NCBI GenBank assembly: GCA_963816345.1
Contig: CAWFKI010000004.1
Coordinates: 151,967-215,966 of the forward strand
Length of the DNA stretch: 64,000 bases
Direction: 5' to 3'
DNA from: an uncultured Bacteroidales bacterium
GTDB lineage: Bacteria > Bacteroidota > Bacteroidia > Bacteroidales > VadinHA17
The notes under the pieces were generated by a model. That model was not told where the DNA came from and did not search any database. It worked only from the letters and a program-made list of their open reading frames with translations. The translations under genes and the position numbers were made by a program. Shown here piece after piece: positions 53,604 to 61,075 of the stretch. Positions within the stretch are counted from its first letter, which is position 1; every line of letters begins with the position of its first letter.

Positions 53604-54610
53604 TTCAACACATCCTGAATATCAATAAGTCCCCTGGGCTTATCGTTTTCAACAATTACAAGATTATCGACTTCCTTTGTTTTAAACAAACTGACTATAT
53701 CGGAAAGGGTTGTATTAATGTCTACTGATACGGGGGAATTGCTTTCCAGCTCCGAGAATTTCTTATGAAGCGCCGTGCTGTTCCCTGTTTTCAGCAATCT
53801 CCTGAGATCGCCGTCCGTAAAGATACGGTGCATATCTCCTTTGTCATTCAGGACTATTGCTGCTCCAAGCTTTGAATTCGTCATCAGCATAAGGCCATCA
53901 AGCACAGTTGAGTTGTAATTCAGAAAGACATTTTCCGAAATAACGAGATCCATGGCTTTGATCGTAAGCAGTTCTGTATGCTCAACAAATTGTTGTATCC
54001 CCAGTTCTGTGAAATGATTCTGGGAAAGCTGCTTCAGAATATTCCACGGGACAGTAACAGTATGAGCGCCGAGATTTATTGCATTTCTGACATGTTCAAC
54101 ATTCCTTACGGATGAGAACATGATCTTCGTTTTATAATTATATTTTTCAACGGCTTTGATGCATTGTTCAACGAGTGACAATGCATCATGTCCCTGATCC
54201 TGAAGTCTGCCGACAAGTATACAGACATAGGTGGCTCCGGCACAAAATGCAAGATATGCCTGCTGAAGTGTATAAACCAGATGAAGGTTTACTTTTATCC
54301 CGTTGTCTGTGAGCATTTTGCAGGCTTTTGTTCCTTCCAGAGAGATCGGTATTTTAAATACTACCTTTTCTTTATTCAATCCGAGGGATAACAGCCTTTC
54401 AGCCTCCTTTACGATTTCCTCCGCGGTATTTCCGAGCGCCTCTACCTGAAGTATGGGAACCAGCTTCGAAAGGTTCAGTATGGCAGCATCAACATCCTTA
54501 ATCCCCTCCCTGTGCATGAATGTCGGAGTAGTTGTAAGTCCTGTCAGGTATCCAAGTTTATTGGCTTCGCGAACCTCTTCGATTTTTATTGAATCAAGAT
54601 ATAATTCCAT
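53594..54610 (-). CDS. Transaldolase/fructose-6-phosphate-aldolase-fold domain fused to a KdsD-type CBS pair
   Basis: MELYLDS, GLTTTPTF, Schiff-base Lys in VVFKIP, AGATYV...GR; C-terminal IFTDGDLRR...GLIDIQD CBS pair. Confidence 0.85.
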   Translation of the reverse strand: MELYLDSIKIEEVREANKLGYLTGLTTTPTFMHREGIKDVDAAILNLSKLVPILQVEALGNTAEEIVKEAERLLSLGLNKEKVVFKIPISLEGTKACKMLTDNGIKVNLHLVYTLQQAYLAFCAGATYVCILVGRLQDQGHDALSLVEQCIKAVEKYNYKTKIMFSSVRNVEHVRNAINLGAHTVTVPWNILKQLSQNHFTELGIQQFVEHTELLTIKAMDLVISENVFLNYNSTVLDGLMLMTNSKLGAAIVLNDKGDMHRIFTDGDLRRLLKTGNSTALHKKFSELESNSPVSVDINTTLSDIVSLFKTKEVDNLVIVENDKPRGLIDIQDVLKWI

Positions 54611-54622
54611 GATAATTTTTGT

Positions 54623-55453
54623 TTATTTAGTACGATATTTCTTTTCGGTATAATGAAGTTCCATTAAAGGTTTAATAAATTCCTCCAGGTTATCAAGCTT
54701 CAGCTGGCTGGCAGCATCGCATTTGGCATTGGGAGGATCGGGGTGTACTTCTATGAATATCCCATCCACCCCTGCAGCAACACCGGCACGTGAGATAACA
54801 GGAAGATACTCTCTGTTTCCTCCTGCAGGATCCGAACTGGGGATTCCATATCTGCGGATGCTATGAGTAATATCAAATACGACCGGATAGTTGAATTTTC
54901 TCATCTCATAAAAGCTTCTCGGGTCAACAACAAGGTCGTTGTAACCGAACGTATAACCTCTTTCAGTGAGAATAATATTATTGTTACCCTGTGATTCAAT
55001 CTTTTTAACAGGCTTTCCCATATTCTCAGGGGCAATGAACTGTCCGTGCTTAAGATTGACTGCTTTTCCTGCCCGTGCTGCTTCAACAACAAGAATTGTC
55101 TGCATGCATAGATAAGCCGGGATCTGAATAATATCAAGTACATCAGCGGCAGCTTTTATCTGATCGGGATAATGAATATCTGAAAGCAGGGGAAGATCAA
55201 AGCTGTTCCTGATCTTTTCAAGCATCCTCAATCCCTCCTCCAGACCCGGACCGGAATAAAAATCAACGGAGCTCCTGTTGTCTTTCATAAAGGAGGATTT
55301 GTAAATAACCGGGATATCCAGTTTTTCAGAAACTTTCTTAAGAGTTTCTCCGGCTTTCATCATTATTCCTTCTTCCTCGATGACACATGGACCTGAAATG
55401 AGAAAAAACTTCTCATCGCTCAAAACCAGGTCCCCGACCTTGACTCTGTTCAT
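54623..55453 (-). CDS. kdsA: Metal-dependent KDO8P synthase family protein with divergent signature motifs
   Basis: GPCVIE, LTERG..FGY..LVVD, DITHS, FIEVHPDP..AKCD; KDNRSS replaces KANRS and PAYLCM replaces PAFLxR. Confidence 0.85.
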   Translation of the reverse strand: MNRVKVGDLVLSDEKFFLISGPCVIEEEGIMMKAGETLKKVSEKLDIPVIYKSSFMKDNRSSVDFYSGPGLEEGLRMLEKIRNSFDLPLLSDIHYPDQIKAAADVLDIIQIPAYLCMQTILVVEAARAGKAVNLKHGQFIAPENMGKPVKKIESQGNNNIILTERGYTFGYNDLVVDPRSFYEMRKFNYPVVFDITHSIRRYGIPSSDPAGGNREYLPVISRAGVAAGVDGIFIEVHPDPPNAKCDAASQLKLDNLEEFIKPLMELHYTEKKYRTK

Positions 55454-55595
55454 ACTTTTTCGGTTTTAAGGTGTGGCAATGTCAGATTTGGCTAGGTATT
55501 CAGTTAATAATATTATTAAATAAATAAGGCCGTAAAGGTACATCCTTTTTGGTTTTATTTTAAATATAGACCTAAAGTTTTATTCCAGGTTGATT

Positions 55596-57077
55596 TCACA
55601 TGGCTATTTTCCTGAAGGAAAGGCCGGAATTGAGTCCGAATCCAAGAAACAGCATCACATAAAAAAATATAAATCCGTACTGACCCATCAGGATTGATTC
55701 TATAATGCACCACAGAAAGAACAAAGCAATAATGCCTTCAAAGACGGATATATAGTTGATGCCCCTGGCAATGTATTTGTTCTGCTTCCAGGAATCCTGT
55801 CTGGAACGGATGTTGAACTTCGGAGTGCGCTGAAAAGAGCTGTTTTTCCCGAGAAAAGCCTCTGCAATTCCGATCGCGTTGTGCAGAGACATACCCAGTG
55901 TTATTACCAGGAAGAACCAGAAGTAGACAGGGAAAAGTAAAACTGACCAGGATGTATGATTTATTGTAAAATATGCTATCCCGTAATAGATCAGCAGAAT
56001 TATTGTAGGAAGTATAAAAACAGAAGCAAATACTGAGATTCCATTATATTCCGGATGGGCTTTCAGAATAACAATTACCGGAAAACTTAGCAATGAGGTA
56101 AGAAATGAAAAGAAGAAAACTGTACTGTTAAGCATATGAAAGATTCCATTGGCTTTAGTCATTGCCGGGAACGATGAATGGATAACTTTCTTATAGTTCT
56201 TCAGGAAATTCTGGGTGCCTCCCTTCATCCATCTGAATTGCTGAACCCTGATAGCGCTCAGGGTAACCGGCAATTCAGCCGGAGTTACAACATCTTCAAG
56301 GTACTTGAATTTCCAGCCTTTCACCTGTGCCCGGTAACTAAGATCAAGATCTTCAATTAGTGTATCATCCTCCCAGTTCCCGGCATCAAGGATGGCAGTT
56401 TTTCGCCACACACCAGCTGTTCCGTTAAAATTTATGAAGTACCCCTTGCTGTTTCTTCCTGATTGCTCTATTGTAAAATGAACATCTATGGCAAACGCCT
56501 GGATCTGCGTCAGCAATGAATAGTTTCTGTTCAAATGGCCCCAGCGGGTCTGAACCGCGCCTATTTTTTCATCTGAAAAGCAGGGTATAGTCTTCTTCAG
56601 GAAATCGGGATAAGGAAGATAATCAGCATCAAATATTGCAATAAATTCACCTCTGGCAGATCTCAGACCTTCCTTCAGGGCGCCTGCTTTATAGCCTTCC
56701 CTGCCTGCCCGGTGAATATACTTTATGTCAAGCCCGGAATCAGAGAGTTCTTTTATTTTGTTTTTCAGAATGGCTGACGTTTCATCGGTCGAATCGTCAA
56801 GGATCTGTATTTCAAGTTTATCGGGCGGGTAATCCATTCCGGCTATATTACCGAGCAACCGGTCGGCCACATAGCGTTCGTTATAGACAGGAAGTTGTAT
56901 GGTTACAACCGGATAGTTATCCGGTTGTTTCAGCTCTGAGTGATATAGCCTGTTTTTTCTCCTGCTTTTTAAATACAGGATTGCAAGCTGCAGTTGAAAG
57001 AGGCTGAACAGAAGAATGCTTAGAAGAGAGAATATATAAACTATTAATATTACAATGTGCAGGATTCCAATAAGCAT
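55596..57077 (-). CDS. GT2 processive glycosyltransferase (cellulose synthase-like, CslA-like)
   Basis: QLPVYNE, DDSTD, KAGAL, FDAD, FNGTAG, EDLDLS, QQFRWMKG, RTPK. Confidence 0.9.
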   Translation of the reverse strand: MLIGILHIVILIVYIFSLLSILLFSLFQLQLAILYLKSRRKNRLYHSELKQPDNYPVVTIQLPVYNERYVADRLLGNIAGMDYPPDKLEIQILDDSTDETSAILKNKIKELSDSGLDIKYIHRAGREGYKAGALKEGLRSARGEFIAIFDADYLPYPDFLKKTIPCFSDEKIGAVQTRWGHLNRNYSLLTQIQAFAIDVHFTIEQSGRNSKGYFINFNGTAGVWRKTAILDAGNWEDDTLIEDLDLSYRAQVKGWKFKYLEDVVTPAELPVTLSAIRVQQFRWMKGGTQNFLKNYKKVIHSSFPAMTKANGIFHMLNSTVFFFSFLTSLLSFPVIVILKAHPEYNGISVFASVFILPTIILLIYYGIAYFTINHTSWSVLLFPVYFWFFLVITLGMSLHNAIGIAEAFLGKNSSFQRTPKFNIRSRQDSWKQNKYIARGINYISVFEGIIALFFLWCIIESILMGQYGFIFFYVMLFLGFGLNSGLSFRKIAM

Positions 57078-57260
57078 ATGAATCTTTATATTTAGTTGTC
57101 AATAATATTTCCATTCAGCTAAATAAAAACTATAAGCCCCATTTTATCCATTTGCCGCTCCACAGGATTTGCATGATTTCCGCTACTCCGTTCGCCTTAT
57201 AAATGTAGTGAAGTTTGCTTTTAAATCAAAGATAACATGATTTAGATTTATCCCACAGGT

Positions 57261-57328
57261 CTTAATGGATTCTTAATCGATTATTAATTCAGACTTAAGC
57301 ATCCCCTTTTTTTTTTGATATATTTTTG
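57261..57328 (+). promoter_or_regulatory. Four direct repeats with 11-bp period plus a -7 promoter element
   Basis: CTTAAT 57261, CTTAAT 57272, ATTAAT 57283, CTTAAG 57294; TATTTTTG at 57321. Confidence 0.65.
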
Positions 57329-57365
57329 AAACGTGAGAGTTCTGGAAATTTAAAACTTACCTTCT

Positions 57366-57998
57366 ATGAGAACGATGAATGTTACTACGGGCCGGGATTT
57401 TATCAATGATCAGAATTTAATGGGAAGTTATGTTGGCACCGTTCATGAAGTGAGTGATGCCATCGATAAGAGGTTTGTCGGAATGCCTGCTGAAGACGAG
57501 TATAAGGATTTTTTTGAATACCTTAAACTCATTGGTATGCCAAAAGATAAGGATTTAATAGTTCTTCAGCCGGTACACCATTACTATTACGAAGCAGAAG
57601 AATTAAAAAATATCCGCAGCGTGGTAAATCTGAAGCTGCTGAATCATATTAAGCAACTTATGGAATTCCTCTATACAATATTTCATATTCTTCCTCCCGG
57701 AAGCTATTTTATAGGATGCTTTTTTGACAACAAGAAGCAAAGCAGCTTTACATCAGGCTCTCCGGAGAATAATTTGCAGCTTCCCGGATGGGCATATCTT
57801 AATGAGGGCGGTAAAGCTTCAAGAAGCCCATTCTTAAATATGATCTATAATATGCTGGACTTCAGAAATAAAAGATATTTAACAAAAAGGAGTGTCACTA
57901 TACTTCTTGAAGAATCATATCTGAAAGTGCTTGATATGACTGAACTCAACGGGCTTACCTATTTTTGTTCGCAAAAAGTTCAAAACCAGAGTACGTAG
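57366..57998 (+). CDS. Hypothetical cytoplasmic protein with a degenerate Rossmann/methyltransferase-like segment
   Basis: 210-aa ORF with its own promoter; VVNLKLLNHIK..EFL..IFHILPPGSYFIGCF. Confidence 0.65.
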   Translation: MRTMNVTTGRDFINDQNLMGSYVGTVHEVSDAIDKRFVGMPAEDEYKDFFEYLKLIGMPKDKDLIVLQPVHHYYYEAEELKNIRSVVNLKLLNHIKQLMEFLYTIFHILPPGSYFIGCFFDNKKQSSFTSGSPENNLQLPGWAYLNEGGKASRSPFLNMIYNMLDFRNKRYLTKRSVTILLEESYLKVLDMTELNGLTYFCSQKVQNQST

Positions 57999-58004
57999 TA
58001 ACAA

Positions 58005-58254
58005 AAAGGCGCAACGGCCTTAAAGGCGAAGTCTGGAGACTTCGCCTAGCGGCGTTGACCGTAGCTCATAGCTTGTAGACTAAGTGACGAAGACTAAGTA
58101 ATCAGCAATCAATTATCGTAATAATCTTCAGACCCCGAACATAGACACTGAATACTGAATACCGATTACCGAATACCTTTTCTTTTCCGGTGGAGACCAC
58201 CATTTGGCCGTTACGCCGTTACGCCATTACGCCGTTGCGCCTTTGCGCCGTATC
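58005..58254. repeat. Intergenic mosaic of short tandem and inverted repeats
   Basis: Hairpin AGGCGAAGTC-tgga-GACTTCGCCT at 58024-58047; 7-mers (ACTGAAT/ACCGAAT) at 58147-58177; six 8-mers (GCCGTTAC-like) at 58207-58254; 58005-58018 is the exact reverse complement of 58231-58244. Confidence 0.85.
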
Positions 58255-58291
58255 AGAAAACCAGTCCCACTCCGGAAAATCCTTATCTATT

Positions 58292-58348
58292 CTTAATATA
58301 ACTTTAATCCAAACTTAATCCTGGCCTTCTTTTTTGTAAATAAATTTG
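58292..58348 (+). promoter_or_regulatory. Three direct repeats with 11-bp period plus the -7 promoter element of the cyc2-like operon
   Basis: CTTAAT 58292, TTTAAT 58303, CTTAAT 58314; TAAATTTG at 58341. Confidence 0.65.
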
Positions 58349-58481
58349 TTTGAATTATTTATTTACCTGATCCAGTTGGCATTATTAATTGTACGGCCTG
58401 AATAACCCGGATTGTTGACAAGTGACTGGATATAGTTATTCCGGGTAGCATTTTTGAGATAGCTTTATATACAATCTAATC

Positions 58482-59897
58482 TTGATAGCCATGAATACGA
58501 TACTAACCTTACTCAGGTTCTGCCGGGGGATCCAGGGAAGACCGGAAAACAGGTTTTCATTCCCTTACAGCTTAAGAATATTATCTGAATTAAGCCTGCT
58601 GATAATGATTGCCCTCTTTTCCGGGACGCAGTATGTTTCCGCGGTTCCGAGTTATGCAAGACAGACAGGCATGTCATGCTCTGCATGTCATAATGCTTTT
58701 CCTGAGCTCAATGCATTCGGAAGACAGTTTAAGCTGAACGGTTATAATCTCACCACTGTTAATACAATTGATGAGACATACGCTAACAAGAACAAGCTGA
58801 AACTACTGACTATTTCGCCTCTGTCAGCAATGGCCCAGATATCCTTTACCAACCTGAACAAAAGTATACCCGGTACGCAAAATAACAATGCCGAATTTCC
58901 ACAGCAGCTGAGCTTATTTTACGCGGGTTCTATAACGCCAAGGATCGGCACCTTCATTCAGATAACATATGATCCGCAGAGCGGGACCTTTGGGATGGAC
59001 AATGCCGATATCAGGTATTCGAAGCAGACAAATCTGGCTTCGAAGGATTTTATCTACGGATTTACATTAAATAACAACCCGACTGTGCAGGATATATGGA
59101 ACAGTACTCCTGCCTGGGGGTTTCCCTATGCTGCCTCAGCAGTGGCGCCTTCCCCTTCAGCTGCAACCATGCTGGAAGGTGGCCTTGCGCAACAGGTTGT
59201 CGGACTGGGAACTTACGGATTCTTTGATAATTTGATCTATGCAGAATTCAGTGTATACCGGTCAGCCCAACAGGGTGCACCTGATCCTCCCGGTGCAGAT
59301 GCCCAGATGGTTATAAACGGAGTTACACCTTACTGGCGGTTGGCATTACAGCATCAGTTTTCAGATAATTACATTGAACTGGGAACATACGGTCTGGCTG
59401 CTAAAATTTATCCCACCGGCATATCCGGGCAGACAGATAATTATACTGATATCGGGCTTGATCTGCAGTTTGAACATTCCCTCTCAAACGCTACGTTCAT
59501 TCTGCATTCTTCCTGGATCCATGAGGGACAAAAGCTGAATGCATCCTTCCCGGCCGGGAATGTGCAGAACAGCAAGTATATTCTTCAATCCTTTAAAGTA
59601 GATGGCAGTATTTATTTTAAAAAAGGCTATGGATTAACCCTCGGATATTATTTGGTGGCAGGTGATATGGATATGGTAGTATATACACCCGGAGAGGTCA
59701 ACGGAAGCAGGGCAGGAAAACCAAACAGTGACGGGCTCATTGTAAAGGCCAGCTGGATGCCGTGGTATAATACCCAGTTTTCATTGCAATATACTTTGAA
59801 TAATAAATTTAACGGGTCAGGAAGTAATTATGACGGCTTTAACAGGAATGCCTCTGATAATAACTCCCTGTACCTGCTGGTCTGGCTTAATTTCTAG
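58482..59897 (+). CDS. cyc2: Cyc2-like fused monoheme cytochrome c / outer-membrane porin (start codon uncertain)
   Basis: Signal ends at VSA; mature N-terminus VPSYARQTGMSCSACHNAFPELNAFGRQFKLNGY matches the Cyc2 pattern (AxPxF/YARQT-x3-CxxCH-x3-PxL-x2-FGRxFK-x2-GY); beta-barrel body; terminal Phe (LVWLNF). Confidence 0.8.
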   Translation: MIAMNTILTLLRFCRGIQGRPENRFSFPYSLRILSELSLLIMIALFSGTQYVSAVPSYARQTGMSCSACHNAFPELNAFGRQFKLNGYNLTTVNTIDETYANKNKLKLLTISPLSAMAQISFTNLNKSIPGTQNNNAEFPQQLSLFYAGSITPRIGTFIQITYDPQSGTFGMDNADIRYSKQTNLASKDFIYGFTLNNNPTVQDIWNSTPAWGFPYAASAVAPSPSAATMLEGGLAQQVVGLGTYGFFDNLIYAEFSVYRSAQQGAPDPPGADAQMVINGVTPYWRLALQHQFSDNYIELGTYGLAAKIYPTGISGQTDNYTDIGLDLQFEHSLSNATFILHSSWIHEGQKLNASFPAGNVQNSKYILQSFKVDGSIYFKKGYGLTLGYYLVAGDMDMVVYTPGEVNGSRAGKPNSDGLIVKASWMPWYNTQFSLQYTLNNKFNGSGSNYDGFNRNASDNNSLYLLVWLNF

Positions 59898-59981
59898 ATT
59901 TCATATGCCTGTTGTAGCTGAAAATTACTAAATTAGCATGGGTTGACCTAATTGAATAATATTAACCAATATAATCAGATC

Positions 59982-60449
59982 ATGAAATTATTTTCCTTAC
60001 AGTTTGTTACAATTTTAACTGTGGCATTTATTACAACAGATGGGATTCCGTTAAATTATGAGGGATCCGGCAATAGCGTATCCGGTTCAGGAAGAACTGT
60101 ACTGGTACAGCAGGAGAAAAAAGACATGGGTATCGGACCCGTCAAGCATGTTACACTGGGAGCTATTGACTCCAAAATGGCTTCAAAGGGGAAAGATCTG
60201 TTCAATAACAAATGTCTTCTGTGTCATGATCTTGATCAGAAAAAAATCGGACCGCCTCTCAGGGATATAACTAAGAAAAGAACTCCTGAGTTTATCATGA
60301 ACCTGTTGCTTAATACCGCACAAATGCAGCAGGAAGATCCCATTATTAAAGATCTGATCGTGACCTACAAGGTGCCCATGGTTCCGCCAAATCTGTCCAA
60401 CGAAGACTGCAGATCTATTCTGGAGTACCTCCGTTCCGTAGCCAAATAA
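59982..60449 (+). CDS. Periplasmic class I monoheme cytochrome c
   Basis: Hydrophobic N-terminus; GKDLFNNKCLLCH, IGPPL, distal Met in VPM; ATG 59982 preferred over TTG 59952. Confidence 0.9.
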   Translation: MKLFSLQFVTILTVAFITTDGIPLNYEGSGNSVSGSGRTVLVQQEKKDMGIGPVKHVTLGAIDSKMASKGKDLFNNKCLLCHDLDQKKIGPPLRDITKKRTPEFIMNLLLNTAQMQQEDPIIKDLIVTYKVPMVPPNLSNEDCRSILEYLRSVAK

Positions 60450-60522
60450 GGTCTGCAGATACAGTCTGTATCGTCAGAATATCAGGTGAAAGTAATCCGG
60501 AAGCTAACCACATCCAATAAGA

Positions 60523-61071
60523 ATGACAGAATCATTATCCAATGATCAGTATAATATAAGTAACAGAAATTCTGATATGAACCGCCGTCTTTTCTTCAGT
60601 AAAGCTGCAGGTATTCTTTCGTTCTTTGGAGCTCTGTTAATAAGTATACCATTTATAGGTTCGTTATATAATTCGGGTCACGAAAAGAAAAAGAAGCAGT
60701 TTATTAAAATAGTTAACCTGGATCTTCTCCCTTTAAATGAACCACAAAAAATTACATTTTCCGAACCCATAAGTGATGCATATATTTTTGAAATTGAAAA
60801 CAGGGACATCTGGGTCATAAAGCATTCGGCTTCATCGGTAACTGTTTTTTCTCCCGTTTGTCCTCATCTTGGGTGCAGCTATAACTGGAATTCAGAGGAA
60901 AAATTATTTGTGTGTCCGTGTCATTCAAGCATCTTTTCCCCTGATGGCAAAGTTGTTGCAGGTCCTTCACCCAGGGGTCTGGATCCACTGCCACAAAAAA
61001 TAGTTGACAGGGAACTGTATATTGAGTGGGAGAGGTTTGAAATCGGGATTCCGGAAATTAAGAATCTTTAA
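60523..61071 (+). CDS. Rieske 2Fe-2S subunit of a Rieske/cytochrome b complex (QcrA/PetA-like), Tat anchor
   Basis: NRRLFF twin-arginine motif plus TM; CPHLGC and CPCHSS boxes; GPSPRGLD. Confidence 0.92.
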   Translation: MTESLSNDQYNISNRNSDMNRRLFFSKAAGILSFFGALLISIPFIGSLYNSGHEKKKKQFIKIVNLDLLPLNEPQKITFSEPISDAYIFEIENRDIWVIKHSASSVTVFSPVCPHLGCSYNWNSEEKLFVCPCHSSIFSPDGKVVAGPSPRGLDPLPQKIVDRELYIEWERFEIGIPEIKNL

Positions 61072-61075
61072 AAAG

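Noticed and set aside
53594-54610. Ordinary pentose-phosphate transaldolase or canonical KdsD
   Set aside because: It has no SIS domain, so it is not KdsD; the CBS fusion, altered active-site motifs and kdsA/kdsC context argue against a housekeeping transaldolase.
58147-58254. Possible CRISPR array
   Set aside because: The units are 7-8 bp in direct tandem with no unique spacers, and no cas genes are present.
58482-60449. MtrAB/MtoAB-type multiheme porin-cytochrome conduit
   Set aside because: Each protein has only one CxxCH; the architecture fits a fused Cyc2-type protein instead.
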